Shown here: positions 24,701 to 39,700 of the stretch, piece after piece
How the letters are laid out: each line of letters opens with the position of its first letter
How positions within the stretch are numbered: the stretch's first letter is position 1
NCBI GenBank assembly: GCA_002633005.1
Contig: NMRA01000080.1
Coordinates: 773,291 to 837,290 of the forward strand
Reading direction: 5' to 3'
Length of the DNA: 64,000 nt
From: Phoronis australis
Taxonomy: Eukaryota > Animalia > Phoronida
Position numbers and translations under genes: made by a program
Notes under the pieces: model-generated
The model's database searches: none
Told to the model about the DNA's origin: nothing
Seen by the model: the letters and a program-made list of their open reading frames with translations, nothing else

Positions 24701-26131
24701 TGGCGGTAAACAACCTCGTTTGCACTTATCCGCGTCATGCATGAATTGTCAAAATAAAAAGTGCTGAAAAAGTGTCTAGGATCAGCTCCTTAAAATCCTT
24801 CTCATTCTAGAACTTTGGGGAATAATGCCCTTGTGCAGTGGGGTTTGTGCGATTCAGGGTACGGTAGTTATTCTTGGCTAATATTGCGCAAATGTTTTCT
24901 CCAAAATTGTCGCTTCTCTATTTTCCAAAGGCTGTTAGTGGTGACATTGGAAACTTTGTCAAATATGTTTTTTATGACACCTGCACATCACAAACCAGGC
25001 TAAGGACAGGATAAAATTGCTTAATGTTTATTTCTTTCGTGAATTTTCAAAAAATATAATTTCATTTGTCTGACGTAATGTGTGCTAAATTGGTGAAGAA
25101 TCTTGGTACAGGTCAGTTTTATCATGTTCAGAAGTGGAGTTGGAAGTTAATCAGTGAAAAATAATTCCATTAAACCCAGAGAAATACCAACTGGTACCAA
25201 ATTTGAGGTAAGCGTTAGCCCAAATATTTGTATTGGCTAGTACCCATTGCTATCATTTCTGTCTGGTGCACAGGGGTCCTGTGAAGGACTGCTTTAGCTC
25301 TTAAACACCTTTGTGAATTATCATAAATTTTGCCCAAAATATCCTGTCATGTGGAACTGAGGTGTTTTATCCCCTTTTACATTGCCTCATGACTTCCATA
25401 CCGCACACAGTTCAGTGATGGAAAACCAAGTGTGAACTCTCCCTATTTCAGATGTTTTTTCTTGTTGAGCACATATCAAGACTTGGTCATGAATTGCATG
25501 CGTGTCCCAACATAGTAGCCACCTAAGTTTTGAGCCCAGGATGTGCTTGCGTAGTTTTGCACTTTCGGAAGAAGTGTGTAGATTTGTTAGCATAGATGAA
25601 TTTCATAAAACACATCTTAATACTTACGTCTTTCATACAATGTGTGAGCTTGAATTTGAAAGTAGAAAACTATTCTTTTCTGCAGACAACAGGTATGAAA
25701 AGAGATGCCTTGTTTTACAAGCTATTTTGAAAATGCTCTATTTGCTGGTATTGACAGACAATTGGCGACAGTTCACAGTTGCAGAGATATTGGATCTATC
25801 ACTGAAACTGCTGTTCAAATGCAAATCATAGATGTTATTTTTTCATGCCAGTCATTCATAACATAATCTCACCTATATCAGATAAAAATAATTACCAAAT
25901 CGGTGCTCTATTTTTAAGGGCTTCTAATGCTTAACATGCGCACAATATCTTAGAAACATTGTCTTATGGTAGCTAGGAAATAGATCTTAAACAATCATTT
26001 ATCTTGTGTCATTTGTCATTTATGAAAAAAATTATAAAAACACACGCTTGTGGACCATATTGTGTCCCCACTGGGCAACATTTTGCTGTAGTTTTACAAA
26101 GCTCTTGAAGACCTCTGCAACTGTTCGCAAA

Positions 26132-26283
26132 CCGTAAACTCCCGGGTTAACGCCCATCTCCGGGTTATCGCCCATCCCCGGCTTTTTGTCAATTTTCCGT
26201 TTAAGCGCCCACTGCTTGAGTAATTACCCACCCCTGTCTCAGAGTTTCTCAATTTAAGCGCCCGTTAACCCACGAGTTTACAG
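26132..26283. mobile_element. Short pogo/Tc1-like MITE
   Basis: ccgtaaactcccgggttaacg ... cgttaacccacgagtttacag|ta; internal ttaa(g)cgccca repeats. Confidence 0.65.
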
Positions 26284-26879
26284 TATGAATAAAAACCCTC
26301 ATGTCTGCTAGTGGAAAAACTAAATACTCTTATTGCTCCACAGATTATTTTGACCCTCCTTGGTGCAGATACATTTTCAATTTAGTTAATGTGCCACTTG
26401 GAGGCACACTGTGGTGTCATTGACATGACCATAAGCATTTATGTCAGTTGTGAGGAGATGCGATGCAGTTAACGCATTGGACGGACGTACCTTGCGCTAC
26501 CGTAGCTTCTGGTATTTTTAGTTCACTGTGCCGTGTTTCCTACTCTTGCCGTAGCAAATAAAGCTGATTTTTTGAAGGGACATTATTGGTTTTATGGCCA
26601 GAAAGAGCATTTTTAGATTATTGTTGGATATAACTTCGCAAAGTTATTATCAACAATTCTCATTGCTATCTGTCGGACATTCGATGAAATCAAGGCCATT
26701 GACGTTTCCATTTAAATATGATTGAAGTCTTTAGTTGTGGAGTAGAATTTATCTCTGCCAGCTGAGCATTTGGCTGAGTCCATGAGAGTTTCAGGTTGGA
26801 CTCTGCACTAAGGCTGGTCTCAGAAAATCACTTTACCCAATAGTAATGTCTTGTTAATGTGCTTGGGAAACTGATTTAC

Positions 26880-27601
26880 TTTTATGCGCCCACATATTCA
26901 TATGTGGATGCATTATGGCGTCATCCCCATCCGTCTGCTTGTCCATCTGCTCTGTCTCTAAAACCCTTTGATGTATATTCATGAAAGTTTGCTCATGTGT
27001 TTCTTTCAAAAATGGGACGGCATTAACGAACTTTGGGATGGATCCGACTATTGGTGTGCCCCCTAGTGGCAATTTTAGTTTTTTATGTTTACCTCTGCAT
27101 CTTCAAAGGTCCTCAACGGATTTCATAAAATGTGGCAGATAGGCATCTATTAGTGAGATGACACTATCCTCCTGTTTTTGGGTGGATTGGAGATATTTTG
27201 CACCACCTAGTGGCCATTTTTACTGTTTTCGAATAATGTTTTTTGGTGTCTGCCTCTCTGTCAACCAAACTACTGTAATGATGAATGTGAAAATTGGCAT
27301 GCCTTATATGTTCCTACTGTGAAGAGGACGGCTGACGATGATTTTCCGACGGCTTTGACTAGTGTGGCGTCTCCTTGTGGCAGTTTTTGCACCCGTGCTT
27401 TATCTCCTAAACCCTCCGTAGGATCTTTATTAAATTTAGCAAGTTTTATCGTATGAAGGTTACAATTGACGACAACACCTTCCTATTTTTAGATGGATTC
27501 AATGTATTCTGAGCCATCTATTGGCCATTTTTATGATAGAAATAAATATGTCTAGAAGATGCAGTCGTGGACGCATATCAATGCTCCGCGTTGCTCTTGT
27601 T
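26880..27601 (+). mobile_element. Helentron-associated (HINE/DINE-like) element, copy 1, near full length
   Basis: 5' ttttatgcgcccac..gtggatgcat inverted repeat, GTCC/GTCT-like tract, four internal subunits ending in ccccctagtggc variants, 3' gtggacgcata...gctcttgtt. Confidence 0.7.
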
Positions 27602-28624
27602 GAAATTTGTTTTTAATTTTTGCAGCTAATCTCGTGCTTACTCAGTGAGGGATCCAAGCAGGGTAGTTAAAAAGGTTTAAATCCCTCCTGAAGGCACGTC
27701 CAAAAAATAAAAAAAACAGCAGCTAGCACAAGAAAACGGCGCTGTTGGTTTAGTGAACCTGCCATCAGCAAAATCATTGATCTGCTCAGTTGCTGCAGTG
27801 TGTTTGATTAACAGGCGTGATTTAACGGTATTGGAAAGTGTTGACATGAATCTCACCCGATAGTTTTGCGTGGGCTTGAATCCCAGCCGTAATGTATTTC
27901 TGACGTCCGTGGAAGTTCTAGCTCTCTATGTGTGCAGCTCTTACTGTGTTGTGTAATTCATCTCATTTCACGCATTCATGTCAGTTTATGTTGCTATTGG
28001 CATTGTTTAGCAAGACTGATTGATAACTAAATGGTGACAATTACTGTGATTGATTCTCTGGCGAGCCGTAATGACTGCAGTAATTTTTGTGTAAAAATGC
28101 CCTTTGAAGGCATATCATGCTATGCTGTTGAACTCATATTTTCTTCTCTAAAATATAGCTATCATGTTTTTTCACTGAAACCAATGTAATTGCCGAAATT
28201 ATTGATTTATTAAAGGCTGATTGCTCACCTTGTTGAAATTAATGGAAACTCAACATGTCGTGTTGCACAGTAAACAAAAATATCTGAGAAATTTGGTAAA
28301 TTGTCCACCATATTGTCTGCTAGATAAGTCAAGATTGACTATTGATGATATGTAAATTATTGACCTTAAAAATCATATTTGATACTGTTTTCAACTTGCA
28401 AAAAGGAAAAAATACGTATAAAACGCTTCGTTGCTAAGTTTATTAATCAAAAATGGCGCAAGTACACAATCATGTCACTCTGTGACTTGAGTTGCTGACT
28501 CATTCTGCAACAATTCAGATTCGAACGTGGTAATGGTTTTAAACCCCAAAGATTTTCAGTTTAGACTACCAACAAAAGACAACAAAATAGCGGCAAAGTG
28601 CCCCTTGGCTACTTGTCACATTGG

Positions 28625-28700
28625 GTTTTAGCTCTACCAGCTAAGCGTCATATTGCGACTGCTGGGGTCGTCGATTCGAACCTGTCTTGGGGCAGATATC
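28625..28700 (+). mobile_element. Degenerate tRNA-derived SINE head
   Basis: tagctctaccagctaagcg ... ggtcgtcgattcgaacct (A/B-box-like). Confidence 0.35.
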
Positions 28701-30660
28701 AATACACAACATTGTCGTCCCTATTACCACTTTAATTTTAGATCTCATCCTGGTGGTTATTGCACAGGTTCGACAGGGGAGATTATTTCAGTAATGCTGC
28801 GGCTCATAACTACTTAATCGATTTAAAATACTCTTGGGATGTATTGCACGATCAGGTGTCTATTTGATTTGTTGTTGACGCTGTTTGGCTAACAATGTTG
28901 AATGGATGGTGCATGCCGTCGTCACAGTTCACCTGTCTTATTGCTACACTGAATGCTTAAAAATGCATATATTTTTGACAGCATTATTAGTATTGAGCTT
29001 TGGTAGCTCTGACACGACAAATTTCCTGATCGAACCATGTTTGAAGTGGCAAAATGTGTGAATTAAGGGAGCGTTATGATATTAGTAATACGATATTAGT
29101 GAGATGGTTGAAAGTCACTAGTTAGTACTCACTACAGTAATCAAGCTTTAGTTTCGCACTAAAATAAAAAACAAAATTGTTATTCTTCCATTTTTGTAAG
29201 GCCATTCTAAAAATGCACAAAAGTTTAATCGAAGTTTTATTCTATGATTGTACATCAGGTAAACCGTGCTAATAATGAAGGCTTTTATTTTTGTTGAGAA
29301 ATATGACAAAAATAAATTTTCACAGGTATGCAATAATAGATGAGCGCTTACCGTGTAATAAATCATTGACATGTTTGGTAGGGGATGACTAAGTGATTGA
29401 GACATAATTTAAGTGTTTACACTCGATAACCTTGGGTGTAACCTCCCAGAGATGGCTTGACCAGGTATGTCACCTGAGAGCCTCAAAGTGACAATTGACG
29501 TACATGGTCTCTATCCTTTCATACCTGCCTGGGCATTACAGATGACTGGTTCATATAAGAAATGGCATCGGTGTCGTGGAGATTTTACAAAGGCGACTTT
29601 AGAAGGTTTGAAATTAATCTCTTCTGCAAATGCGACTGTTAACTAATTTTTTGTTTGGCTTGAGCTTTTGTGACTTGTGCAGTTTTTGAAGCAAGGCGTC
29701 TGTTCTGCTTGACTGATAAAGTGTGACACGAGGGAACATTCGATGTGCAACTCTTTATTTTGAAAAGACGACTGACAACAGCGGCGTCTTCCTCTTGATA
29801 CAATTTCCAATGCCAGTTTCGGAGGGATGAAATGCAATTTCTATTGTTTGCGGACGTCTTGAGACTCTTGAGTCGTTTATTCCACCGAACACTGGTAATT
29901 TGACGGAACTAGAGTCCACAAAAATTTACAAAAACGCTTGGAAATCTTGCTGCATTAAACCTGAACAGGAGAGTGCAGAATGAGCCCACCTACATCTCTA
30001 ATGGTATCTGATAATTAGTTGTGTTGCGTCATGTCGCGAGATGCAGCCATCGTTGTTAAGATAGCAGTGAGATTTCTATACTCACGCTCACTAATTTCAG
30101 GAATACAATCAATGGTTTACAAAATGGTGGTTGTGGAAAAGGTTTGCTTTTTGCAATTATTGTGATGAGTTGTCCAAACTTTAAAATTCCACAATAGTTT
30201 GCCACAACCAGAAATTCAACTAACTTGACAGTTTAGTATAATTGCTTACTGTGAGACCTCAGAACAACAGATGGCGTGCTGATGAGTATGCTGTCATCCT
30301 CACTGTTCTTCCCTAATAGTATATCACTTGTCATTGGCCAATGTTCTCCAATGAGGAGCCCACTGAAGCTCTGTTGGTACAACTTCAAGCACTTGCTCAG
30401 TTGTGGCATACAGGATATGATGTGCCGTATTTCAATCGACAAATCATACACAACTCTTTTAGGTTGAAAATCCCTTTCACCATTCTCTAAACGGTCCTAT
30501 TTGAGACTAACCGTAGTATGTGGACATTGCTCAATTGGATGAAGAAACACCATAGCTATGTGATATCAATACCTTTGTTTTTCAGAGTGATGACAGTGTA
30601 AGCATACATAGATGTTGAAGTAGTCTGGTCAGGGAGCATTCTGCGTCGTCTAGGTAACAC

Positions 30661-30772
30661 ATGGAACAGGACGAGTCACTCAAAAGTAACGGGGAGACCA
30701 ATGGACATGTGACAAATTGTCATGGCAACCGAGAGCGAAGAGGATCTTTGTGTAGACGAAAGATCAGCAAAA
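30661..30772 (+). CDS. ITPRID-like first coding exon (MEQDESLK...RRGSLCRRKISK); exon likely starts at 30586
   Basis: tttgtttttcag acceptor 30585; in-frame stops upstream of ATG; aaa|gtaagt donor; phase fits next exon. Confidence 0.6.
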
Positions 30773-33700
30773 GTAAGTGCCCGAGCATTCCCTGAAGCTA
30801 TCATACCTGAGTAAGAAGTTTAATTCCTCAACTAATTACAATTAACGATAGGTATTGATGGTTCTTTTTTGAGTCAGCTGTTGAATATCAGGCTGAGAAT
30901 AGTCAGACCAGGGATGCGTTCCGTATATGCGAGACACTCGTGAGTAGAGTTCGTGAGATTTTGTGCATTCATTTGAAGTTAATGGCAATAGTTTTCAGAG
31001 ACTTTTCTGGTCTCACTGTTATACAAGTGTACATTAAGCTTGGTCTATACAGAATGCAGTCCTGTTTACAATTTAAAACTTTGATTTTGTATTATCATTG
31101 TACTTGCTGTGTCTTGGTATTTATATTGAAAAAATCAAAAAATCACGGAACAGGGCAAGCTAAATCTATCACTACGAAACGTAGTCGTTCAAAAGTGTAG
31201 TTTCTGTAAATGTGGGTGTGGGCAATGTGGCTAATGGATATAGCACCAGTTTTGGTCTGCAGTACAATGTGTTTTTTTTATTGAAATGTTTTTGTTTGAT
31301 TGATGTGAGAGTGGCACAACCTGCTCTGCCACATTTGACCTCCGTGCGGTGCGTCTAGGCTGTCCCTACTTGATGGCTGCCTGATCTGTAAGAGGTCATT
31401 GTCACAATGAGTGACCTGCTGACACTCTGAGGTCATCAATGTGTTTCCACCCCAGTTTGCTCACAGCTGTGTCAACCGGGTGGGTGGTCACACCGCTATA
31501 TTTATCAGCAAGGACAGTCAATGAGCTGTTAAGAATCTAGAACTAGACATTTGCTGTCTATCTCTGTTCACAAACTGGCTAGCACTTTTGTTAGGAGCGG
31601 AAAATACCAGTAACGTTTGCAAAGATTGTTCTGTTCCTGGTGCTCTGCTGGCAATTTGAATTTGCCCAAAACTGACAGTATATTCGCTGGCACTTTCTTA
31701 GCCAGACTGCTTACAGCAAAATCTTATCAATACAGGACACAATGTGGGGGGGAGGAACAAGTGAAAGTTTGCTTTCCTGTTTTTTCCTGAGAAGTTAGTG
31801 GCGCCAAATAAATGGTTCGTCATTTTAATGTTCAATACTTTATTCGCCCTCGGATAATTATTTGCGGGCCTTCACATCCATGTTAGCAGTTAGAAGCATT
31901 TGAAAGTGGAAAATTATAAATTTTGGTCATTGTTTTTGTCCGAATTTGCTGAGATTTTATTATACTTCAAAGGACACTCAAATGTGCCAGTTGAAGAAGT
32001 CTTGCCCTAGTTTTTTATTGCCTTAATCAAGTTATTGTACTGAGTGAATGTGCTTTAACATCATCGCCGCGGTGAGAAAGCAAACTTTACTGCTAGCAAA
32101 AATGACTCTTATGTGGACAGATTTATGTGCTAGCATTTTCGCCACTCATGTGAACCTAGTATAACTAGAACTTTTTCTCACATTCACGGAGGGATTTGGA
32201 GAAGATTGTTGCTTACATTTGTATGCGAATTGAATCTGGTCTGCTGGTGTGCTTACAAAATTACAATACTACCACCTTGGAGGCATTACAGCTCAGGCCT
32301 TCTTCAAAGGGAAGATGATATTGAAGATTGGCGGTAACTGTGGTCTCTTTCCTTTTCATGAGATCTCGTCTCAGTTTAGCCAGGTCACGCAAACTATCAT
32401 CCCAAGCAGACGACACATTGAACAGACTTTACTCAGCTAAATTTTAAAAATATATTCTGGTTTGTCTTTCTGGCCTGTGTTTTCTCAGAGATTACAATTG
32501 ACCTTTTATGTGAACATTTTTTGTGTTTGTCCTCTGATTTCACGAGTGTTACCTGTTCACATGTGTTCATAGAGCAAAGCGAAACGTGAGTGACCCCTCT
32601 CGGTTATGAAATAAAAATATCACCCATTTCAATGCACCCTCACATACATCTGTGGGTGCATATTGCCATCATCTCTGTCTGGGCGTTCATCCGTCCAGGT
32701 GTACTGCATCCAGTGATGTATTTTAAACCCCTTGCAGGATCTTAATGAGATTTGGCATATAGGCTCCCTTAAAGCTGATGACGGATGGCGGTAAGTTTTG
32801 GACAGATCCAACTACTGCTGTGCCCCCTAGTGGCAATTTTAGTTTTTTCGTTTGGTTCTCTATCTCCAGGGCTCCTTATTTGAATTTTGTGAAATTTGGT
32901 AAATCAGTATTTACTAAGGAGTCTGTGACGCTTTCCTATTGGTGGATGGATTTGCACCACCTAGTGGTCATTTTTATTTTCGAGCCTGTTTTTTGGGTGT
33001 CCGTCTCTATCCAGCAAACTGCTCAAATGATCATTGTGAAAATTGGCAGATGTGTTCCTACCAAAAAGAGTATGGATGATATTGATTTTCGGGCGTTCCG
33101 ACTACTGTGGCACCCCCTAGTGGCAATTTTGTTTTTTGCGTCCACGGCTATATCTCCTAATCCCTTCGAGGATCTTTGTGAGTTTGAGAAGTGTGTTCTT
33201 GTCAATTTGACTACAGATGACGACGCCTTCGGAAGGAACTGACTGACATTGCGTCCCCTAGTGGCAATTTTATTTTTTACGATTACCAGTCTTTGATCAA
33301 TTTTCATGAAAAATGACAAATAGGTTTCTATGAGGGAAACAGCAACGTAATCCCCGTTTTCAGTTGGATTCAATGTTTTCTACACCATCTAGTGGCCATT
33401 TTTGCTTCTAATAAGCAGTCCTTGGCTTATTGCAGTACTTTGTGATGCTCTTGTTTGTGTAAGGAGTTGGGTAAATATTTTATCATGTCATATCCTGACA
33501 CGATGAAATGATAAAATATTCCCCACAACAGTTCATCTTGCTTTGTTGTTTAGTCTATTATTGTCTTTCAAAGGATTTCGGGGAAAATTGTGGGAGGTGG
33601 TTAGATATTTGATTGTATGTTTAGACCAGGGGTTTCAGTTGGAAAATTGGGTCAAACACTTGAAGAAAGGAACTTTCATGAAAAATTTACCCTTTCGCAG

Positions 33701-36700
33701 GGTTTTGTTCAAGAAACATCGCGATTTTTTGGCATTAATTCCACAAACCTAACCATTTTGTAGCGATTTTTGATTAGGTGAGCTTTACAACAGTTGAGCC
33801 TAAAACAGTTCAACACATAGCGTGAACCCTTCTGTGAAGATTAGTATCAAAAAAGTACGCTTTCATAGGGAATTTCCTCTGAAAAAGCACCCATTCATAG
33901 AAAACGATTGTTAAAAAGTCGCCCTTCTGAGTTAGGCTTGTACAATACCACGCACCTCTTCCACAGGAGTAAACCCCCGGGGGGGCAAGACCTTGAGAAA
34001 TAGATCCTTACTCTATTATTTGTGTGCAGTGATGTCTCCACTCCTTAAAAAATGTAACAAAAGAGTAAACCATGTACATTGTGCAAGTCGGTTTGATGCT
34101 TGCTCAATTCTGTAGGCTGAGCGAGTGTGAAGTAAATGTAATGTCTTTAAGTACTATACGTGAGCCATGTACCATGTATTGGGTTTTTGCAGTAACTGGT
34201 GTCCTTTTCTTCTTGTGGTAAGTGGGGTTAGAGTAGTGTCTAAACTGCCTGTTAACATTTAGACTGTTGGTTATAGTTCCTAGACTCTTTCTACTTCTGG
34301 GTCTCGTCCCGTTGAAATTTACTGTCTAAGATGTGTGTCCAGATTGTAACTTGTCCTGGGGCAACTCGTTGCAGGGCAGCTTGTCTCTGTTAACCCACTG
34401 GCCTGTGCAGCTGAATGTACCAATGGTATGCTTGCTGCTGCTGCTGTGAAGAAATGCGTAACTTCGCGCCGACTTGGACGTCTTTTTACATTTATTTTTC
34501 TTGATGCACCTTCATTTTACACCATTATCAGCACGTATTTTTAGAATACTCGCTGCTATTTTTGAACAGGGAGTAAATTGCACTTTTAAACCTACAGTTT
34601 GAGATAGCACCATTTTGAAGGAATTGTACTTTTGGAATATTTGTTTAGAGCTTTAGACCTTTGAAGTTGGTGTCTTCAGCAGCTGTAAAAACATCGCTAG
34701 ATATCTATGATTTGTGGGTTTAAGCTAGACGGGTTTTATCTGTATCTGGTTCAGTGCCAGAAATATCCACCATTTTCCTTCTGACTTATTCTCTTCTCTT
34801 TGCTTTCCTTCGACATAAGACTTCAACGAGTTGCTTCCACTTAGGCTAATCTTGTCACGCTTGCAGCAAACGAGCCTTTTTCACGCTCTGCTGTCACCGT
34901 GTGTCGCCATGTTGTTCCTGGCAGACCGAGTTTCCTTCATCCGATTCTTCTTTTCTGAAGAGTCCTCCCACTTTTTTGCTAGGCGACGGCTAATCTGACA
35001 CTTCTTATTGGTTGGAGACTTTATGTCACCAACCAATAAGAAGGTTAAAAGCTCAGATCTTTTTTAATTCTTGTAAAGTTTTGTACTAATCATGACAGTA
35101 TCGAAACGAATCGTTGAAAATCATGAAAGATCATTTCCTATTCTGAAGTCTCCTGCCTACGAGACTGTATTGCTTTTAATTAAGCAAGATTCCCAAGACG
35201 TCATTAGGAACCTGAACTAACAGAACACATTTGTTTTGACAATTATATTCCCGTCAGTACTGTTGACATGGAAAACAGCTTACAGTTCAATGATACCTTT
35301 CCTTCAAGTATGAGGCTGGTTTTTGGTCTATTTTTGTATAACATCTCCTCATGGTATTAACCAAACATGCAATGAATTAGTTGATATGACCAAGGCCCTG
35401 ATGGGGGTTTAAAAGCCTTTGACTATTAGAAGTGCAGTTCAACGTTATCTGGGCACGCATAGTTATTAGTGGTTTTCAAGAGCTCTAACTTGCCATTATT
35501 AAGAGTTAACAATTATCGGTGAGTACTAATCTTCGTTTGTTTTGTAGAAGGAATATCATTCCGGTGGTGTTTTCATGGAAGCAACTTATTTTTTTATTAT
35601 AGTTGCATTGATTGCTGACATGTTTTTAACTGGTAAGAAAATAGCACAGTACTTAAAGAGACTTCAAACATTAGTGTAGAATTGTATTTTAAAACGCATT
35701 AAACCTGTAGTTTCTGTCAAAAACTATTTTAATTTAGACCTATATTTGGTCTCGAGTTGTTCCTTATTCAGACGATTTATGCCTGAAGCTCCAAAATTGA
35801 TTATAATTAGATTTGTCAGGTATTAAATACACTTTGACATTCGCAAGAATTTATTACTGTGGTATCACCCCTTTAAGTGTTGTGATAAAATTCTTTTAAT
35901 CTCTGATAAATGGAATTTTGGGATCATTGGCATTTGTGAGCGTGTGAATGACCAGTCCGCGTTGATGAATTTATACATTGGGAGAAAAGTGGCATTGATT
36001 ATTTAATTTTGTGAAATTTCTCGGCCAAAATAATTATTAAGGAAGCAGTGACTAAATTTTGCATCGAGGTGTGTACTGTTGAATATCGGTAGATTTCCAA
36101 TTACGTACTTAGCCAAGAACTTAAAATTTCAAGGTCGGTGGATTAGGCTTGAGTGGTGTATTGAGCAATCCAATGTTTACCTCCAACTCACCAGCACCAC
36201 TTATTATTGTTTACCAATAGTTATGTGGCCAGTAATTGCTTCCTCATTAAGTTATTTTAAGGCTGTCTGTCTGTGACTCTTTAGTTGAATATTTCATTGC
36301 AAATATTTGTCCGTTTGCTACGAGGATGTACCGAGGTCACCAAAAAAATCTAATGATGCTATCATGACTTCACATCGACTGCCCTCTGGTGGTGGTACAT
36401 AGAAACCAGGCAGGAATGCAGTTTATTGTCTAAAAGTTATCTGATGATAGAAGCCAAAATATCGCAAGGTGTATTGGTAAGTTTTAGATACAAGAATGAA
36501 CTACTTTTTTCAGACAGAAAATGATTTCTTGACCTTATTACAGGACTAAAAATCTGGTCTATGGATTGTTTAGACTAAAACTAAAAGTCAGAAAATCTGA
36601 CCACAACTCGAAGTCAAGGGCAGAAATTTCTTGTCTGCTGGAATAGACAGAGAAATGTTTTGAGAAACAATACACAACATAACAACTTTTGGCTATTTGT

Positions 36701-39700
36701 AGTCTGATTTAGGATTTTTGGCACAGTCAAAAGACAAAAGCCATTAGTCTCTTTAAGAAACACGTCACTAGGGTAGTGTTCTCCTTTCATATATTCAAGC
36801 ATGGTACGGCACCATGGTTTGCACCATGTTTTGCACCATGTTTTGCACCACGTTTAAATCTTGAGCCATGGTTGAATAGTTTCAATACAAACTATTGAAA
36901 GTGTTGCATAGTGCTACTTGTTTTTGTGCTTTTGCAGTGAAAATGATAGTGACACAAGGATATTAGGATACGAAAACATGATGATGAATTTGCACAATGT
37001 TTGAATTTTTGCTCAGGTGCGTGTGACTTCTGATAGGGAAATTTTTGATTGATGGAAAAATGCCTCCCCTCCCTTGTTCACCCACCTAATCCCTTGGGAA
37101 ATGTTTTGAATATTGGCTGAAATTCACTTCATTATCGGTGTATGATTATTAGCAGTGTTTATCTTCCAGGCCAGAAGCTTGAGCTACAAAACACCTTATG
37201 ACCCTGTCCACTGTACATCACATCACTAATTATCAGTAAAGGACAAATTGGTTCTAATTTACCATGAGCTGTCTCTCAGTGACATACTCCTTTTCACTTT
37301 CCTTTATTAATGCAATCAGCAAAGGCTGTGTTTGTAGTGTTATTGAGACATACAGGGTGTTTTGTACGGTGGACCAGTCTCTGTACAGTCATTCAATAAC
37401 GATGTTGACATCAGCGATTCGGTAATCAAAATTATCTTGTTGATGAAGTCTGTAGCTTTATCTTGCCCGCACCCTTGACCCGTGTCACGAAAGGTCATCA
37501 GTCTGTAGGAAGTTACGACAGTCAAAGGAACATTTTTGCGAGGGTGGCAATACATTTTTTGTATGGAAATGTGAATATAGTTCACATTTAAGTTGAAAGC
37601 CCCGCCTCCATAATCCATGAATTGTTTGCCTGTTAAAACTGAAGTTACAATTCGGTAGTGTTAGCTGCCATCTTAAATATGATTGGACTTTCAATCTCAA
37701 CTCTTGATAAAACGGTTACTGTACAAGGCGCTTAAAAAGATGAAACCGATTTGAGATTCTTGAATCTGAGTCCAACCGTGAACCTCATCGTCAAGTGAAG
37801 GTTATAGAATAGCAAGTTAACATTACTCTTTAACTGTTGGTACAACATTACTCTTTAACTGTTTGTACCCTGGTAGAGTAAATGATATTAGTAGTGGCGT
37901 TAATACCTGATTGTGTAACCATGACATGTTGACAGCACAAAATGTACTGCCTTCAAATTAAGTCCATTCTTTTGAAAAACCCTGTATTTCTCAGTTGACT
38001 GCAACTGTATCATTCTTCCAATCTCTGTTCTGAGACTTGACAGCCACCTGCTATTCAGTATTCTGCTTCAAGAACACTTCTAACCACTTATTGTGGCCTA
38101 CATATCTTTTATTGTGTCTACAGTCTGGTCAGCTGGTTCGTTTTCCTTTCAGCTTGGACAACTAGACTGGCCAAGCACAATTTAGTCACTATTAAGCTAT
38201 TAAGCTGTATAAATTGCTTCAGTCACCAGTCTCTTGGTTTCAGGTGTGAACAAGTTATGTGAGGTATGCCTTTGAGATGTTTTGAGGCCAACATGACACC
38301 CAGACATTTTGTTATTTAATGACATGTCATCACGGGGAGCGGGGGGGGGGGNGGGTGTAGGAAAATCCAGTGCCGGTGTAGATTGTCTGGCTTGTTGCTA
38401 TCACTTGTTTGTAGCATTAGGGTTCAGGATTAGACACATTTTGCCTGTAATTCCCTCTTGGCTATCAATTGCCAAGCTGTTGCAGCTGTTGGTCACTCCA
38501 TTGTTACAAGACTAATAGACTGAGTAGGACCCATTATGTAGTGTATTATGCTTTATCATCTGTCTTATTAGTTGAGCCCACATAATCTGAATCTCAACAT
38601 CTCAGTTTGTTAACACTGTAATTTATTGTTTCAGAGCAGCAGCATGCTATCCAAAGATGGCTGAACACTCAGTCCCAAAAGTAAGTCATCTTCAACAAAC
38701 ATGTTGTTGTTGTTGCTGTTGTTGTTGTTGTTGTTGTTGTTTCAGTTTTAAAGCGGCATTTCTTTCTCGCCACTGGAAACTTGAATTATAAGCCTGTTTG
38801 TACATGCATGTACACTAGGCATGTCTCAAACTTTCTGCCATAATAAAGAATGATTTCAATTGCCTAGCATACCATTCATGTGATGAGTAAATAACAAGTG
38901 TCCTACACAGATGATGGGATTGGCTTGTTAACATCCTTAAACTTTGAGATGGTATGTAGTGACCTCTGAAGTCTTTTTACTCCAACCTCGAAATACCGTA
39001 TTCATCATTGACCACCATGAAGGTATCACATACCTCTGCTCGTTCATCTTCGAAGAATGCTGTAGCTCCTGAACATGGCCGGAGACCGGAATGCAAGGAT
39101 GCCAAATGTAAATAGACCAATAAATTTTAGAGATGACGTATTCCAGCAAGTTTTGGCTATTTTGTAGGAGTTGAATATGATCTTTGTGTTTGCTCAGAAG
39201 TCAGTTGGCTTTACAAAGCTCACTAGGTGGGACTGATGAACAAAAGGCCCTCATTTTTGACACCTGAGTAGATTGGGAACATCATGCATCTCATCTGTAT
39301 AGGGGTTTTCGTGGGACTGAGGGTCGCAAGCGATTTGCTGAGTGCACGCATCTCTGTGGGTGGGGGCCTTATTGTACTGGCACCACCTTGTTAATTTTGA
39401 GCTCACTTACTCCGACTATGGCCGACAAAATTTTTATGGTTTGAGGCAAACGGCCTATTTTATAACGTTCATTGTTCACCTTGTAACTTGAAAGGAAATG
39501 CCCCTTTAAGGGAAGTTATTTCAAACGTGAGTGATACCACTCAGCCGCTTCTGTGGTTTCAAATTTTGAAAATCGTTTTCAAAGAAGGCACTTGTCTTGA
39601 TGGTAATTCTGAAGTAAATGAAAAAAATCATCACGGAAAACTGATTTTTAATTGCATGTGAAATTATGTATTGAATTAATACTTGCATGACACAAGTGTT

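Noticed and set aside
32778-33373. Overlapping 154-aa and 116-aa ORFs
   Set aside because: They lie inside a non-autonomous repeat, and the other copies do not keep the frames.
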